From: Anaerolineaceae bacterium UBA4890
GTDB lineage: Bacteria > Chloroflexota > Anaerolineae > Anaerolineales > Anaerolineaceae
Reading direction: 5' to 3'
NCBI GenBank assembly: GCA_002399085.1
Contig: DHCY01000006.1
Location: 243 to 64,242, forward strand
DNA length: 64,000 nt
How positions within the stretch are numbered: the first letter of the stretch is position 1; every line of letters starts with the position of its first letter. A program made the position numbers and the translations under genes. Below the pieces are notes generated by a model. It made no database searches. It was not told where the DNA came from and was given only the letters and a program-made list of their open reading frames with translations. Below, piece by piece: positions 51,209 through 61,290 of this stretch.

Positions 51209-52144
51209 TTATGCGTTGGCTGCTTTGGGTTTTGGTAGCTTTTCCATGGTCAGGCGCAGCCCGGTTTCCAGCGGTACCAATGGGAGGAAGTTGAGTTTCT
51301 CGTAGGCTTTGCTGATATCAGCGCACATGCGGTCGGTTCCTCCAGATTTGTGCGGGTTGAAAATTTCTTCCGGCTTCTTGCCCGTCACCAGGCGCAGAAG
51401 GCGCACCAATTCAAGCACGCTGGTTTCAACGCCGCTGCCAATGTTGATCACTTCCTGATCGACCCCCACTGCTGTGGCAGAACTGACCATGGCGTTGACC
51501 AGGTCGTCGATGTAAATATAATCGCGGGTTTGTTTGCCATCGCCATGGATCACGACGGAACTGTTAGCGAGCGCATTTCTAAGGAAACTGGGAATGATCG
51601 GCGGATGCGAGGGCGGAATGCGCTGCCCGGGTCCGTAGGCATTAAATATGCGCAGACAGACTGCTTCGACACCTGCTTGATAACCAATGGTGCGGACGTA
51701 ATGTTCGGCAGCCAGCTTTGAGACGGCATAAGGCGAACGAGGTTTGACTTCGTAGGATTCTTTGTAGGGAATCTGGGTTTGGTCGCCATATACGGCTCCG
51801 GACGATGCCAGCACAATGCGCTTTACGCGGGTGTCACGCACGGCTTCCATCAGGGTTACGGTGCCGCTGACGTTGACATGATTGTAATTGCTGGGGAAGA
51901 GGGTTGATTCGGGGACAGAGACCCGGGCTGCCAGATGGAAAACACAATCGACGTCCTGCAGAAGCGTCCAGAGCAAGGTCTTGTCCGAGATGTTGCCTTT
52001 TGTAAATCTGACAGATTCAGAAAGCTGTGTTGGGTCGCCGGTTGAACAGTCATCCACAACCAAAACCTGGTGCCCCTGGCTTGCCAAGCGGTTGCTCAGC
52101 GCAACACCAATAAACCCTGCTCCACCTGTAATTAGAAATCTCAT
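51209..52144 (-). CDS. NAD-dependent epimerase/dehydratase (UDP-sugar 4-epimerase-like SDR)
   Basis: 311 aa: ITGGAGFIG and YAVSK. Confidence 0.88.
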   Translation of the reverse strand: MRFLITGGAGFIGVALSNRLASQGHQVLVVDDCSTGDPTQLSESVRFTKGNISDKTLLWTLLQDVDCVFHLAARVSVPESTLFPSNYNHVNVSGTVTLMEAVRDTRVKRIVLASSGAVYGDQTQIPYKESYEVKPRSPYAVSKLAAEHYVRTIGYQAGVEAVCLRIFNAYGPGQRIPPSHPPIIPSFLRNALANSSVVIHGDGKQTRDYIYIDDLVNAMVSSATAVGVDQEVINIGSGVETSVLELVRLLRLVTGKKPEEIFNPHKSGGTDRMCADISKAYEKLNFLPLVPLETGLRLTMEKLPKPKAANA

Positions 52145-52217
52145 ATGTATGTACCTTTAGAGCGAAATTATAGCACGCAAGCAGTTGCTCTCAAGTTGTC
52201 AAGAATTAAACTCGAAA

Positions 52218-52811
52218 CTACTGGATTCTCCGGGAACTGATGACCAGTAGAATCACGCCAAACAAAACCAGCGCCAGCACCCCCAGCGCCAGGAAGCGGG
52301 CATTTGATGAAAATACCCTCTGGAAAAAACCGGTTTCGATGGTTGGAGTTGGCTCCGGGTTTTCTGGAAGGGCTTGCCTGAGCAATAATTCTGCCGTCGG
52401 GCTGGGCAGCGGTGTGATTTCAGGGAGAGCCAATTCGGGTGTGAGTGTGCCCTGACCAAGTTCCGTGCTCTCTCCTCTGACGATGACCAGTTGGTCACCC
52501 GGGTAAATCGGCGAGTCTTCAGTTAGGTTGTTCATACTGAGGAGGTCCTGGAGGGTAATGCCGTACAGCTGGACAATGTGGTAAAGGAATTGATCGGGTA
52601 AGACGGTGTGACGTATCTCGCCGTTCAGACCGGGAGTGGCTGTTTGTAGATACAGAGCCTGGTTCAGGGTTGACAATACAGCGGGAGCAGCCGGCGGGGT
52701 TTCTATTTGGTTGGAGGGTTCTGCACGCACCCAAGCCTGGGCGCCAGGCAAAAGTGCAGACACCAGGCTCAGAAGCAGGAGTAATAAAAGGGGAATATTT
52801 TGCTTTTTCAT
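52218..52811 (-). CDS. LysM domain protein with signal peptide and C-terminal TM anchor
   Basis: MKKQNIPLLLLLLL signal peptide (ATG at 52811). The LysM domain reads HTVLPDQFLYHIVQLYGITLQDLLSMNNL...PGDQLVI. A C-terminal TM follows. Confidence 0.75.
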   Translation of the reverse strand: MKKQNIPLLLLLLLSLVSALLPGAQAWVRAEPSNQIETPPAAPAVLSTLNQALYLQTATPGLNGEIRHTVLPDQFLYHIVQLYGITLQDLLSMNNLTEDSPIYPGDQLVIVRGESTELGQGTLTPELALPEITPLPSPTAELLLRQALPENPEPTPTIETGFFQRVFSSNARFLALGVLALVLFGVILLVISSRRIQ

Positions 52812-52929
52812 TATTGTTGGTCGCAGCAGACCGTTTTTATTATAGCTTAACAATAGATTGTGCCGGTTTCCTGAGCGCGCAGGCTCACAGTGGATCCGAG
52901 TATAATGTTTATTGGATGAAGTCCTCTTT

Positions 52930-53459
52930 TTGGAGCCCTTCGGTCATAATCTGTGCTCGGCGGGGACGCCGGCACGATCGGTGTTTTGTCTGTCATCCTG
53001 AGCCTCTGTTGCGAAGGATCTTAATTTCGACTGGTTCAAACGGGAGGTGAGGGTGAGAAGTAAAAACCATACGAAAACAATGTCAATATTGGAGCCCTTC
53101 GGTCAGCTCCCGTACTCAGCGAGGACGGCGGCACGATCGGTGTTTTGTCTGTCATCCTGAGCCTCTGTTGCGAAGGATCTTAATCTCGACTGGTTCAAAC
53201 GGGAGGTGAGGGTGAGAAGTAAAAACCATACGAAAACAATGTCAATATTGGAGCCCTTCGGTCAGTTCCCGTGCTCGGCGGGGACGCCGGCACGATCGGT
53301 GTCTTGTCTGTCATCCTGAGCCTCTGTTGCGAAGGATCTTAATCGCGACTGGTTCAAACGGGAGGTGAGGGTGAGAAGTAATTTAAGCCATACGAAAACA
53401 ATGTCAATATTGGAGCCCTTCGGTCAGTTCCCGTGCTCGGCGGGGACGCCGGCACGATC
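52930..53459. repeat. about 159-bp tandem repeat, about 3.3 copies, in a divergent promoter region
   Basis: Units start at 52930, 53089, 53248 and 53410 (periods 159, 159 and 162), with only a few substitutions between them. Each unit embeds one arm of the GTCATCCTGAGC...GAAGGATCTTAA family and a CGGCG-GGGA-CGCCG hairpin. Confidence 0.85.
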
Positions 53460-53598
53460 TTATTTTGGAACGTTCACAGGATCAATTCGTCATTAACTAT
53501 GGCAAAAGTACACCTTTTACCTTAAAAAGAAAATTTTGAGTATATAGTAAACTAAAACACGATCCCAAAAATTAGGTGGATCGATAAAGGTCAAGATT

Positions 53599-55461
53599 AT
53601 GGTGCCAAATGTGAATGAAGATACGACGCCGGTGCGCGTTGAAAAACGAAATACAAGATATCCTCTGCGATTACAGATTGTTTTCGCGGTCGGTTTGGGC
53701 TTGCTGCTGGCAGCATTCAGCTTGGTGGGGGTTATTGGAAAATTCGAAAATGACTATAGCGACAAAATCTACCCGGGGGTGTCTGTGGCGGGTGTGGACC
53801 TCTCAGGACAGACACTTGGACAGGCTGTGGTAACCCTCAACGCCAACCTGACCTACGGTCGCTTTGGTCAGCTGCATCTCACCAACGGACAGAACGAATG
53901 GGTTTACACGCCTGAAGCTCTTGGTTTTTCTTACAACCCGGTTGAGGCTGCAAACCTGGCTTATGCGATCGGACGGGGTGAAGACACCTTGGTCAATCTG
54001 GGTGAGCAGTTGAAGGCAAGGAATGTGGGCATTGATATCATCCCAGCTATCATTTACGATCAGGCAAAAGCCTACGAAGTGGTACAGGAGCTGGCGCAAA
54101 AGACCAATATCGCCCTGATCGAGCCTTCGATCACATTGAATCAGACGGAAGTTAACGTGGTTGCCGGGCAGTCAGGCAGAACGGTGGATATTATGGCAAC
54201 CCTCAGGAATATTGAGCCATTTTTGCTTTTGCAGAAAAGCGGCAATGTGCCGATGGTAATCATTGAGCAGAGCCCCGTCACCGTCAAGGTCGAAGACACC
54301 GCACGGCTGGCTGAAAACATTCTGAGCCAGGCATTCACGATCCACCCTGCAGATCCTGGCGCCGGTCAGGGTCCCTGGACGATCGAGCCGCGGGACCTGG
54401 CAAGTTTGCTCACCATTGAGCAAAAAGATGACCAGGGCAACCGCACTTACACCCTGTCGGTCAACCGTCCGGCACTGACTACTTATATTTCCAGCATCGC
54501 TCCAGGGTTACAGGTGGACCCAGTTAACGCCCGCATGATTTTCAATCACGACACCCGTCAGCTGGAGGTGATTGCCAACGCGGTGGTGGGCAAATCTTTG
54601 GATATTGACCTAAGCGTTGATAGTGTCCTCCAAAAAATTCAGGGTGGCGAACATGCAGCGACGCTTGTGATGCAAACCATGGACCCGCCAGTCAAAGATG
54701 ACAGTCAGGCTGCCGACCTGGGGATTACAGAGTTGGTGGCGGAGAGCACCTCGTATTACTATGGTTCAGATTCCGCCCGAGTGCAGAATATCCGCACCTC
54801 AGCTGCCAGTTTCCACGGTGTTATGGTGGGACCTGGCGAGGTTTTCTCGATGGCTGAATACCTGACGGATATCAGCCTCGATAACGGTTATGCTGAAGCC
54901 CCGATTATCGTCGGTGACCAAACAGTCGATGGCGTTGGCGGTGGCATCTGCCAGGTGAGCACCACTGTTTTCCGAACCGCTTTCTTCGCTGGCTTCCCGA
55001 TTGTGGAGCGTCACCCGCATGCTTACCGAGTCTATTATTATGAGCAGCGCTCTGATGGATTGATCGATAACGCCCTGGCAGGGCTGGACGCGACCGTATA
55101 TGTGCCATTAGTCGACTTCAAGTTCCGCAATGACACCCCTTACTGGCTGCTGATGGAAACTTATCCGACAGAAACATCGTTGACCTGGAAGTTCTATTCG
55201 ACCAGTGATGGGCGCGAGGTAGATTGGTGGACGACTGGCATCACCAATGTAACCACACCACCAGACCCGGTCTATCGCGAAGACCCGACCCTGGCTACCG
55301 GTGAGATCAGACAAACCGACTGGGCGGTCAATGGCGCTTCGGTTGAGGTTTACCGCACGGTAAGAGTCAACGGGGAAGTCACTCTCCAGGATACAATCCG
55401 CACCAATTATGTTGCCTGGCCTGCAGGTTATCGGTACGGTCCGGGAACGGACATCCCCTAA
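53599..55461 (+). CDS. VanW/YoaR-family protein (peptidoglycan-binding plus VanW domain)
   Basis: 620 aa with an N-terminal TM. The VanW core reads GGGICQVSTTVFRTAFFAGFPIVERHPH. Confidence 0.88.
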   Translation: MVPNVNEDTTPVRVEKRNTRYPLRLQIVFAVGLGLLLAAFSLVGVIGKFENDYSDKIYPGVSVAGVDLSGQTLGQAVVTLNANLTYGRFGQLHLTNGQNEWVYTPEALGFSYNPVEAANLAYAIGRGEDTLVNLGEQLKARNVGIDIIPAIIYDQAKAYEVVQELAQKTNIALIEPSITLNQTEVNVVAGQSGRTVDIMATLRNIEPFLLLQKSGNVPMVIIEQSPVTVKVEDTARLAENILSQAFTIHPADPGAGQGPWTIEPRDLASLLTIEQKDDQGNRTYTLSVNRPALTTYISSIAPGLQVDPVNARMIFNHDTRQLEVIANAVVGKSLDIDLSVDSVLQKIQGGEHAATLVMQTMDPPVKDDSQAADLGITELVAESTSYYYGSDSARVQNIRTSAASFHGVMVGPGEVFSMAEYLTDISLDNGYAEAPIIVGDQTVDGVGGGICQVSTTVFRTAFFAGFPIVERHPHAYRVYYYEQRSDGLIDNALAGLDATVYVPLVDFKFRNDTPYWLLMETYPTETSLTWKFYSTSDGREVDWWTTGITNVTTPPDPVYREDPTLATGEIRQTDWAVNGASVEVYRTVRVNGEVTLQDTIRTNYVAWPAGYRYGPGTDIP

Positions 55462-55514
55462 GAAAATGACAACGCTATGGTAAAATCTTTAGAGGATAAC
55501 TAATAGAGTAGAAA

Positions 55515-55748
55515 TTGGAGAGGATTGTGATCAATCAAGAATTAATCAGTTTGTTGCGCTGTCCGGTTTGCGTGAAAGATAAAAGTGGTGAGCTGGAGTT
55601 CTATAAGGATAACTGGTTCATCTGCAAAAATTGCGATCGTAAATATCCTGTCTGGGAAGAAATTGCTGTCATGAAAATTGAAGAAGGCGATAAATGGCAG
55701 GGTACACCGAAGGACGATCTGCCGATTCCTGCGCCGAAACCGAATTAG
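55515..55748 (+). CDS. Trm112-family small zinc-ribbon-like protein
   Basis: LLRCPVC...CKNCDRKYPVWEEIAVM. The start may be the GTG at 55527, which follows GGAGAGG. Confidence 0.75.
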   Translation: MERIVINQELISLLRCPVCVKDKSGELEFYKDNWFICKNCDRKYPVWEEIAVMKIEEGDKWQGTPKDDLPIPAPKPN

Positions 55749-55805
55749 TTTTGAGAAAATAAATCAAAGCCTGCTCTATGCAGGCTCTACAGTTTATATA
55801 AAAAC

Positions 55806-55838
55806 AAAAAGAGCGGTTAGTTCCGCTCTTTTTGTTTT
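55806..55838. terminator. bidirectional intrinsic terminator
   Basis: AAAAAGAGCGG, loop TTAGTT, CCGCTCTTTTTGTTTT. It is preceded by a second hairpin, AGCCTGC-TCTAT-GCAGGCT, at 55768-55786. Confidence 0.8.
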
Positions 55839-55999
55839 GAACAGGGTGGAAACAATCTCTTCCGTGCGGCTGATGCTTCACTCCTGCCTGGGTTCTATCC
55901 CAGAGCGGGACGGCGTGTAAACCGTCCCTTGCACGAGGTAACACCAGCGCCCAAATTAAGCGTTGGCGGAGGGAGATAAACCCCCTCCGTACGGTTAGT

Positions 56000-56359
56000 T
56001 TATGGTATAGGCGGCAAATATTGGCTCAACCGGGTGGCGAGTTCGGCTAAAGCCCGGGAGACGGTCTCGGAACTCCCGCTTGCCAGCATGTTTTGCGCCT
56101 GGGCGGTCAACAGATCGACCGTGTTGAGCTCTTCGAGCAAATCCAGCCTGCTCAAAGCCCTCTCAAGGTTCTGGTTACTCGAATAAGCAAGGGCGATCAT
56201 TACCCGATAGTCATCTTTAGCCTGGGGGCTGAGTTCGCCAGGCAGGGCATCGCTGTTTTCGGCTGGCAAAACGAGAATCGAGAAAACCAGCCCGATTGCC
56301 AGACCAATTAATAAGCCTGTCAAAAGATACCAGTGGGTCTGATGCGGTTTTGTTTCCAT
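56000..56359 (-). CDS. small single-TM protein (unknown function), paralog of the upstream gene
   Basis: The ATG at 56359 forms an ATGA overlap with the upstream stop. TM is WYLLTGLLIGLAIGLVFSILVLP, followed by a helical domain (DDYRVMIALAY...RLDLL). Confidence 0.55.
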   Translation of the reverse strand: METKPHQTHWYLLTGLLIGLAIGLVFSILVLPAENSDALPGELSPQAKDDYRVMIALAYSSNQNLERALSRLDLLEELNTVDLLTAQAQNMLASGSSETVSRALAELATRLSQYLPPIP

Positions 56360-56733
56360 CAGTTCGTTCCCTGTTGCCCGAGCCATTGCTGGTACAGGTC
56401 GGGGTCAATTTTGCCAAGAAAGTCAGAGAATAAGAGCAGGTCTTCCTGCGGGTAGCCGACCCGGCGGGCATATGAAAGGCTGTTTCCAACCAGCGTGAGG
56501 GGGTCTTCAGGGCTGATTTTCGTCAACTGCTCCAGCGCGAGCAGAGTGTCGGGATTATTTTGAAAGTGCTCCGCCACCATCAATACCAGGTCGGTCTTGT
56601 AATCCACCCGCAGCCTCTCCATGGGCGCATCGTTGGGTGCTTTCGGAGGCATCACCAGCCAGCCGAAAGCCAGCCCAGCAGCAATGCCTAAAACGATTGC
56701 GAGTATAAAAAAGACGACCCGCCTGGATTTCAT
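56359..56733 (-). CDS. small single-TM protein (unknown function)
   Basis: MKSRRVVFFILAIVLGIAAGLAFGWLVMPP, then VDYKTDLVLMVAEHF. The start at 56733 lies 3 nt after the hutU stop. The track ORF extends to 56784, inside hutU. Confidence 0.55.
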   Translation of the reverse strand: MKSRRVVFFILAIVLGIAAGLAFGWLVMPPKAPNDAPMERLRVDYKTDLVLMVAEHFQNNPDTLLALEQLTKISPEDPLTLVGNSLSYARRVGYPQEDLLLFSDFLGKIDPDLYQQWLGQQGTN

Positions 56734-56735
56734 CC

Positions 56736-58394
56736 TTATCCTTTGGGCGTCATCGGGATTTTGACGCCAAGTTCTTTGGCACACTGGATCGCCTCAGGGT
56801 AGCCGGCATCCACATGGCGAATGATTCCCATGCCAGGGTCGCCCAGCAGGACGCGCTTGAGGCGTTTGGCAGCTTCGAGAGTGCCATCGGCAACGATTAC
56901 CTGCCCGGCATGCTGGCTGTAACCAATGCCGACTCCGCCGCCATGATGGAAACTGACCCAGGTGGCACCGTTGGCAGTGTTAAGTAAGGCGTTCAAAATT
57001 GGCCAATCGCTGACCGCGTCGGTGCCGTCCAGCATGGATTCGGTTTCGCGGTTGGGCGATGCCACCGAGCCGGCATCCAGGTGGTCGCGCCCGATCACGA
57101 TCGGGGCTTTGAGGATGCCATCGGCAACCATCTGGTTGAATACCAGACCGGCTTTATCACGTTCGCCGTAACCCAGCCAGCAAATTCGGGCAGGCAGACC
57201 CTGGAAGGGCACCTGCTCACGCGCCATTTTGAGCCAGCGATGCAGGTGGGCATCATTGGGGAAGAGCTCGATCAGTTTTTCGTCGGTTTTATAAATGTCT
57301 TCCGGGTCTCCAGAGAGTGCCACCCAGCGGAAGGGTCCTTTGCCTTCACAGAAGAGCGGGCGGATGTAGGCAGGTACAAAACCGGGGAAGTCGAACGCGT
57401 TTTTGATGCCCTGATCGTAGGCTCGCTGGCGGATGTTGTTGCCATAATCGAAGGTGATCGCGCCCTGCGCCTGGAAACCGAGCATGGCTTCGACGTGTTT
57501 TGCCATGGTTTTCAGTGAGAGTTCGATGTATTTTTCAGGGTCGCTTTGACGCAGCTGGTAGGCGGCGGTCAGGCTCATGCCGCTGGGAATGTAAGAAAGC
57601 GGGTCGTGAGCGGAGGTTTGGTCGGTGACCACATCGGGGATTACGCCACGTAATAACAGTTCGGTATGCACATCGGCGGCGTTGCCGATCAGCCCGATCG
57701 ATTTGGGGATCTGTTGTTCGAGGGCTTCTTCAACCTGGGTCATGGCGTCTTCCAGGTTGTCGGTGACGACGTCAACATAGCCGATTTCAAGGCGTTTTTG
57801 AGCGCGGTCGGGGTCAACTTCGACGATCAGACCGACTCCTTCGTTCATGGTGATTGCCATGGGCTGGGCACCGCCCATCCCGCCCAAACCAGCGGTGAGC
57901 ACGAATTTGCCTTTCAAAGAAGACCAGCCTTGCTGCTGGGCAAGTGAGCCGAGAGTTTCATAAGTGCCCTGCAGAATGCCTTGCGCGCCGATATAGATCC
58001 ACGAGCCGGCGGTCATCTGACCGTACATGATCAGTCCTTTGGCTGCCAGTTCATCGAAATGCTGCTGAGTAGCCCAATGGGGAACCAGGTTCGAGTTGGC
58101 GATCAGCACGCGCGGCGCGTCGGTGTGAGTTTGAAAAATGCCGACTGGTTTTCCAGATTGCACCAACAGGGTTTCGTCTTCGTTGAGATCCTTTAGGGAT
58201 GCCAGAATGGCGTCGAATGCCTCCCATGAGCGCGCAGCCTGACCGCGACCGCCATAAACCACCAGGTGATCGGGGTCTTCGGCGACAGCGGGGTCGAGGT
58301 TGTTTTGGATCATGCGGTATGCGGCTTCGATCAGCCAGTTTTTGCAGGTGAGTTGTGTGCCTGTTGGGGCGTGAATTTTTCTGGGACCGGACAT
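56736..58394 (-). CDS. hutU: urocanate hydratase
   Basis: 552 aa with highly typical HutU sequence: [35 protein letters not shown]. Confidence 0.95.
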   Translation of the reverse strand: MSGPRKIHAPTGTQLTCKNWLIEAAYRMIQNNLDPAVAEDPDHLVVYGGRGQAARSWEAFDAILASLKDLNEDETLLVQSGKPVGIFQTHTDAPRVLIANSNLVPHWATQQHFDELAAKGLIMYGQMTAGSWIYIGAQGILQGTYETLGSLAQQQGWSSLKGKFVLTAGLGGMGGAQPMAITMNEGVGLIVEVDPDRAQKRLEIGYVDVVTDNLEDAMTQVEEALEQQIPKSIGLIGNAADVHTELLLRGVIPDVVTDQTSAHDPLSYIPSGMSLTAAYQLRQSDPEKYIELSLKTMAKHVEAMLGFQAQGAITFDYGNNIRQRAYDQGIKNAFDFPGFVPAYIRPLFCEGKGPFRWVALSGDPEDIYKTDEKLIELFPNDAHLHRWLKMAREQVPFQGLPARICWLGYGERDKAGLVFNQMVADGILKAPIVIGRDHLDAGSVASPNRETESMLDGTDAVSDWPILNALLNTANGATWVSFHHGGGVGIGYSQHAGQVIVADGTLEAAKRLKRVLLGDPGMGIIRHVDAGYPEAIQCAKELGVKIPMTPKG

Positions 58395-58628
58395 TGGGTG
58401 AGCCTCCTGGTGTGTGTGAAATTGTCTTTAGAAGGTTATTATAACAAAAGACGGTTTATAAGCAGGGGACGAACCGCTGAGATGAACCAGCGTCCATCCC
58501 TACAAAGAGAAACCGTAGAAACGTGGGTTAACCAGAAAAGCGAAATTAGTTAAGCCCGTCTTTACAACGTCAGGTCCTGGGGCTTGCTATAATTACACCC
58601 GACCCGTTTAGGGTCTGGAGGTTTTATT

Positions 58629-59624
58629 ATGATTCATCAACTTGAATTACCGATCATTGAGGCGCTGCAAAACGCCCTAAAAAACTTGCAATCCTTCTGG
58701 AGTGCGATCAGCTTCCTGGGAGACCAGACTTTTTATTTACTCTTCATGCCCATTATTTACTGGTGTGTGGATGCGTTGGTTGGTTTACGGATTGGGGTAA
58801 TGCTCTTGCTATCAAGCTTCACGAACGGTTTTTTGAAGATGATCTTCAAAAGTCCGCGCCCTTTCTGGGTAAGCGATAAGATCAAAGCCGGTGCTGAGCA
58901 CAACTCTTTCGGTTTGCCTTCCGGGCATGCCATGAACTCGGCTGCCGTGTGGGGTTGGACTGCCCGCGAGGTTGGGCAAAACTGGGCGAAATGGACTTTG
59001 GGGATCCTGATCTTTCTGATCGGCTTCTCGCGGATCGTGCTGGGAGTCCATTTTATCAGTGATGTTTTGCTGGGCTGGCTGCTTGGGCTGTTGCTTGTCT
59101 GGTTATTTGCGCGAAACACGGCGTCGATTGGTAAGAACCTTTCCAGGATGCCGATGAAAATGCAATTAGCGCTGACCTTGTTGTCCTCTGGGCTGATGAT
59201 TCTGCTCCCCATGTTGATCAAGACTCTTTCGCCGGGTTGGCAACCGCCGGCGGAATGGGTTGAAAGGGCGGGTGCGATTGACCCAATGAACCTGGAGTTT
59301 AGCCTGACCGTTGCCGGGTTATGGCTGGGAATGATGGGCGGATTTGTGCTTCTGCTGTACCAAAAGGGGATTCTGGCATCCAACCAGGGGACCTGGCAAA
59401 AAATCGTTCGCTACCTGATCGGTATTGTTGGCGTGATTGCTTTGTATGGGGGGTTGGGGGCGGTCTTCCCCGATGGTCAAAGCTTGATTGGCATGGTTTT
59501 GCGCTATGTTCGTTATGCCATGATCGGATTGTGGATCGCCTGGGGCAGCCCGCTGGTGTTTGAAAAGCTGGGCGTTGGTGTGATCAAACCCCACATCCCG
59601 CCCCAAAGCAGCGCCCAGAGGTAG
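58629..59624 (+). CDS. PAP2-family lipid phosphatase with an extended C-terminal TM region
   Basis: 331 aa. The three PAP2 motifs are present: KMIFKSPRP, PSGH, SRIVLGVHFISD. Confidence 0.85.
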   Translation: MIHQLELPIIEALQNALKNLQSFWSAISFLGDQTFYLLFMPIIYWCVDALVGLRIGVMLLLSSFTNGFLKMIFKSPRPFWVSDKIKAGAEHNSFGLPSGHAMNSAAVWGWTAREVGQNWAKWTLGILIFLIGFSRIVLGVHFISDVLLGWLLGLLLVWLFARNTASIGKNLSRMPMKMQLALTLLSSGLMILLPMLIKTLSPGWQPPAEWVERAGAIDPMNLEFSLTVAGLWLGMMGGFVLLLYQKGILASNQGTWQKIVRYLIGIVGVIALYGGLGAVFPDGQSLIGMVLRYVRYAMIGLWIAWGSPLVFEKLGVGVIKPHIPPQSSAQR

Positions 59625-59636
59625 ATAAAAAAAGAG

Positions 59637-59724
59637 CGGAGAGAGTGGGATTCGAACCCACGATAGGTACGAGACCTATAACGGTTTTCGAGACCGCCCC
59701 GTTCAACCGCTCCGGCATCTCTCC
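59637..59724 (-). tRNA. tRNA-Ser (anticodon CGA), no encoded CCA
   Basis: Folded by hand. Acceptor GGAGAGA/TCTCTCC, 3-bp D stem, anticodon stem GCGGT/ACCGT with loop CU-CGA-AA, long variable arm (ATAGGT..ACCTAT), T arm GTGGG-TTCGAAT-CCCAC, discriminator G, then CTCTTTTTTT. Confidence 0.9.
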
Positions 59725-59737
59725 GAACAGGATGGCA

Positions 59738-59765
59738 ATTATACTCGAGGAATTCGGAATTTAAA
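59738..59765 (-). promoter_or_regulatory. candidate sigma-70-type promoter for tRNA-Ser
   Basis: On the minus strand, TATAAT (59743-59738) lies 13 nt upstream of the mature tRNA 5' end. TTTAAA (59765-59760) lies at 16-nt spacing. Confidence 0.4.
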
Positions 59766-59889
59766 GTAATTGATCGTAGCGGTGTCCTCAGCGAGTGCGC
59801 GTATTGACCGTGAGGGCTCCAATTTCTAAAAGAATGGATGCCTGCGGTGATTTCTTGTGCTAAGCGCGAACGCCAGCACAATCATAAAT

Positions 59890-61290
59890 TTACAACTCGA
59901 ACGACTGCCCCTTTTGGGCAAAAACAGGCTCGGGCAATTCAGGGTATTCAGCAAGTCGTTCCATGAGAGCTGTCGCTGCATTTTCTTCACCATGCACCAA
60001 AATCAGGTTCTCAAGCATGTCCTCGCTTGAAAGTGCATATTCAACCAATAAATCCTGCCCGGCGTGGGCGCTGAGACCACCAATGGTGACCACTTCTGCC
60101 TTCCTAAAATACTCCTCGCCAAAGATGCGCACCTTGCGTTCGCGGTCTGCCAGCCGGCGACCCAGCGTATCGGGCGCCTGCCAGGAGATGATCAGGATGG
60201 TGTTGCGACCGTCTTCGATATTATTTTTCAAATGATGCAGGATGCGTCCGTTTTCTGCCATGCCCGAGGCGGAGATGATGATCATGGGCTCATGCCAGTC
60301 ATTGAGAGCCTTGGACTCATCCACGCTGCGCGTGAAAATGATGTTGTGATAATCCAGACCCTGCATCCGGTGTTCGGCGATGAACTGCCAGGTCTCATCA
60401 TCAAAACACTCGGTATGCTTCCGGTAGAGGTCTGAGGCGTTGACTGCCAGGGGGCTGTCCACTACAACCGGGATATCAGGGATATCGCCATTTTCGATAG
60501 CCTGTGCGAGGAAATAGGTCAGGTTTTGGGTGCGACCAATGGCAAAAGCGGGCACGATGATTTTGCCACCTCGCTTTACGGTGCGATTGATTGCGTCGAT
60601 AAATTCATCATAGGCATCGTCCATGTTCTCATGCGCTTTATCACCGTAGGTACATTCCATCATCACGGTATGGGCATCGCTGGGTAGAACCGGATCCCGC
60701 AAAATCGGGGCATCAAACCTGCCGATATCGCCTGAATACCAGAGCCGTTTTGAATTGCCGGCTTCGTCAAAGTAATCGAGAACGACTGCCGAAGAACCAA
60801 GGATATGCCCAGCTTCAACAAGGTGGGCAACCACGCCAGGGATAACCTGCTTTTTTTCATCGTACCAAAGCGAGCGGAATTGCGGCATCGCCATGAGGGC
60901 ATCTTTTTGAGTATAAATCGGCTCCAGACTGCCTAAACCCTGCTTGCGGCGTTTTTTGTTGAGATACTTGATATCGTTTTCCTGGATGTGACCGGAATCG
61001 CGCAGCATGATGTCTGCCAGGTCAACGGTGGCATTGGTGGCGTATATTGGACCCTTGAAGCCTTGCTTGACCAGATTGGGGATGTTGCCACTGTGGTCAA
61101 TATGGGCATGGCTGAGGATCAATGCGTCGATTTCAGCGGGGTTGAAGGGGAAATGTTGGTTGACGTAGTAAGATTCCTCGCGTTTGCCCTGGTAAGTACC
61201 GCAATCCAGCAGAAGTTTGTGTTCGTTGTGTTCAACCAGGAACATCGAGCCGGTTACTGTTTGTGCTGCACCGTATACTGTTAGTTTCAT
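59890..61290 (-). CDS. MBL-fold beta-CASP family ribonuclease
   Basis: 466 aa. HAHIDHSG, beta-CASP and RNA-specificity region (GLSAHAGQ). Confidence 0.85.
   Translation of the reverse strand: MKLTVYGAAQTVTGSMFLVEHNEHKLLLDCGTYQGKREESYYVNQHFPFNPAEIDALILSHAHIDHSGNIPNLVKQGFKGPIYATNATVDLADIMLRDSGHIQENDIKYLNKKRRKQGLGSLEPIYTQKDALMAMPQFRSLWYDEKKQVIPGVVAHLVEAGHILGSSAVVLDYFDEAGNSKRLWYSGDIGRFDAPILRDPVLPSDAHTVMMECTYGDKAHENMDDAYDEFIDAINRTVKRGGKIIVPAFAIGRTQNLTYFLAQAIENGDIPDIPVVVDSPLAVNASDLYRKHTECFDDETWQFIAEHRMQGLDYHNIIFTRSVDESKALNDWHEPMIIISASGMAENGRILHHLKNNIEDGRNTILIISWQAPDTLGRRLADRERKVRIFGEEYFRKAEVVTIGGLSAHAGQDLLVEYALSSEDMLENLILVHGEENAATALMERLAEYPELPEPVFAQKGQSFEL

Noticed and set aside
52930-53459. Possibility that the 159-bp repeats are a CRISPR array
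   Set aside because: The units are contiguous with no unique spacers, the repeat length is far above the CRISPR range, and no cas genes are in the window.
55841-55999. Three consecutive small hairpins in the gap after the Trm112 terminator, considered as a possible sRNA, SRP RNA or 6S RNA
   Set aside because: I could not match any conserved RNA family motif by eye. The hairpin nearest 56000 is adequately explained as a weak terminator of the minus-strand small TM gene. An Infernal/Rfam scan would be needed.
59637-59724. tRNA-Ser as the attachment site of a genomic island
   Set aside because: There is no integrase, no direct repeat of the tRNA 3' end and no obvious compositional or functional break on either side. 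The flanking genes are housekeeping-type.
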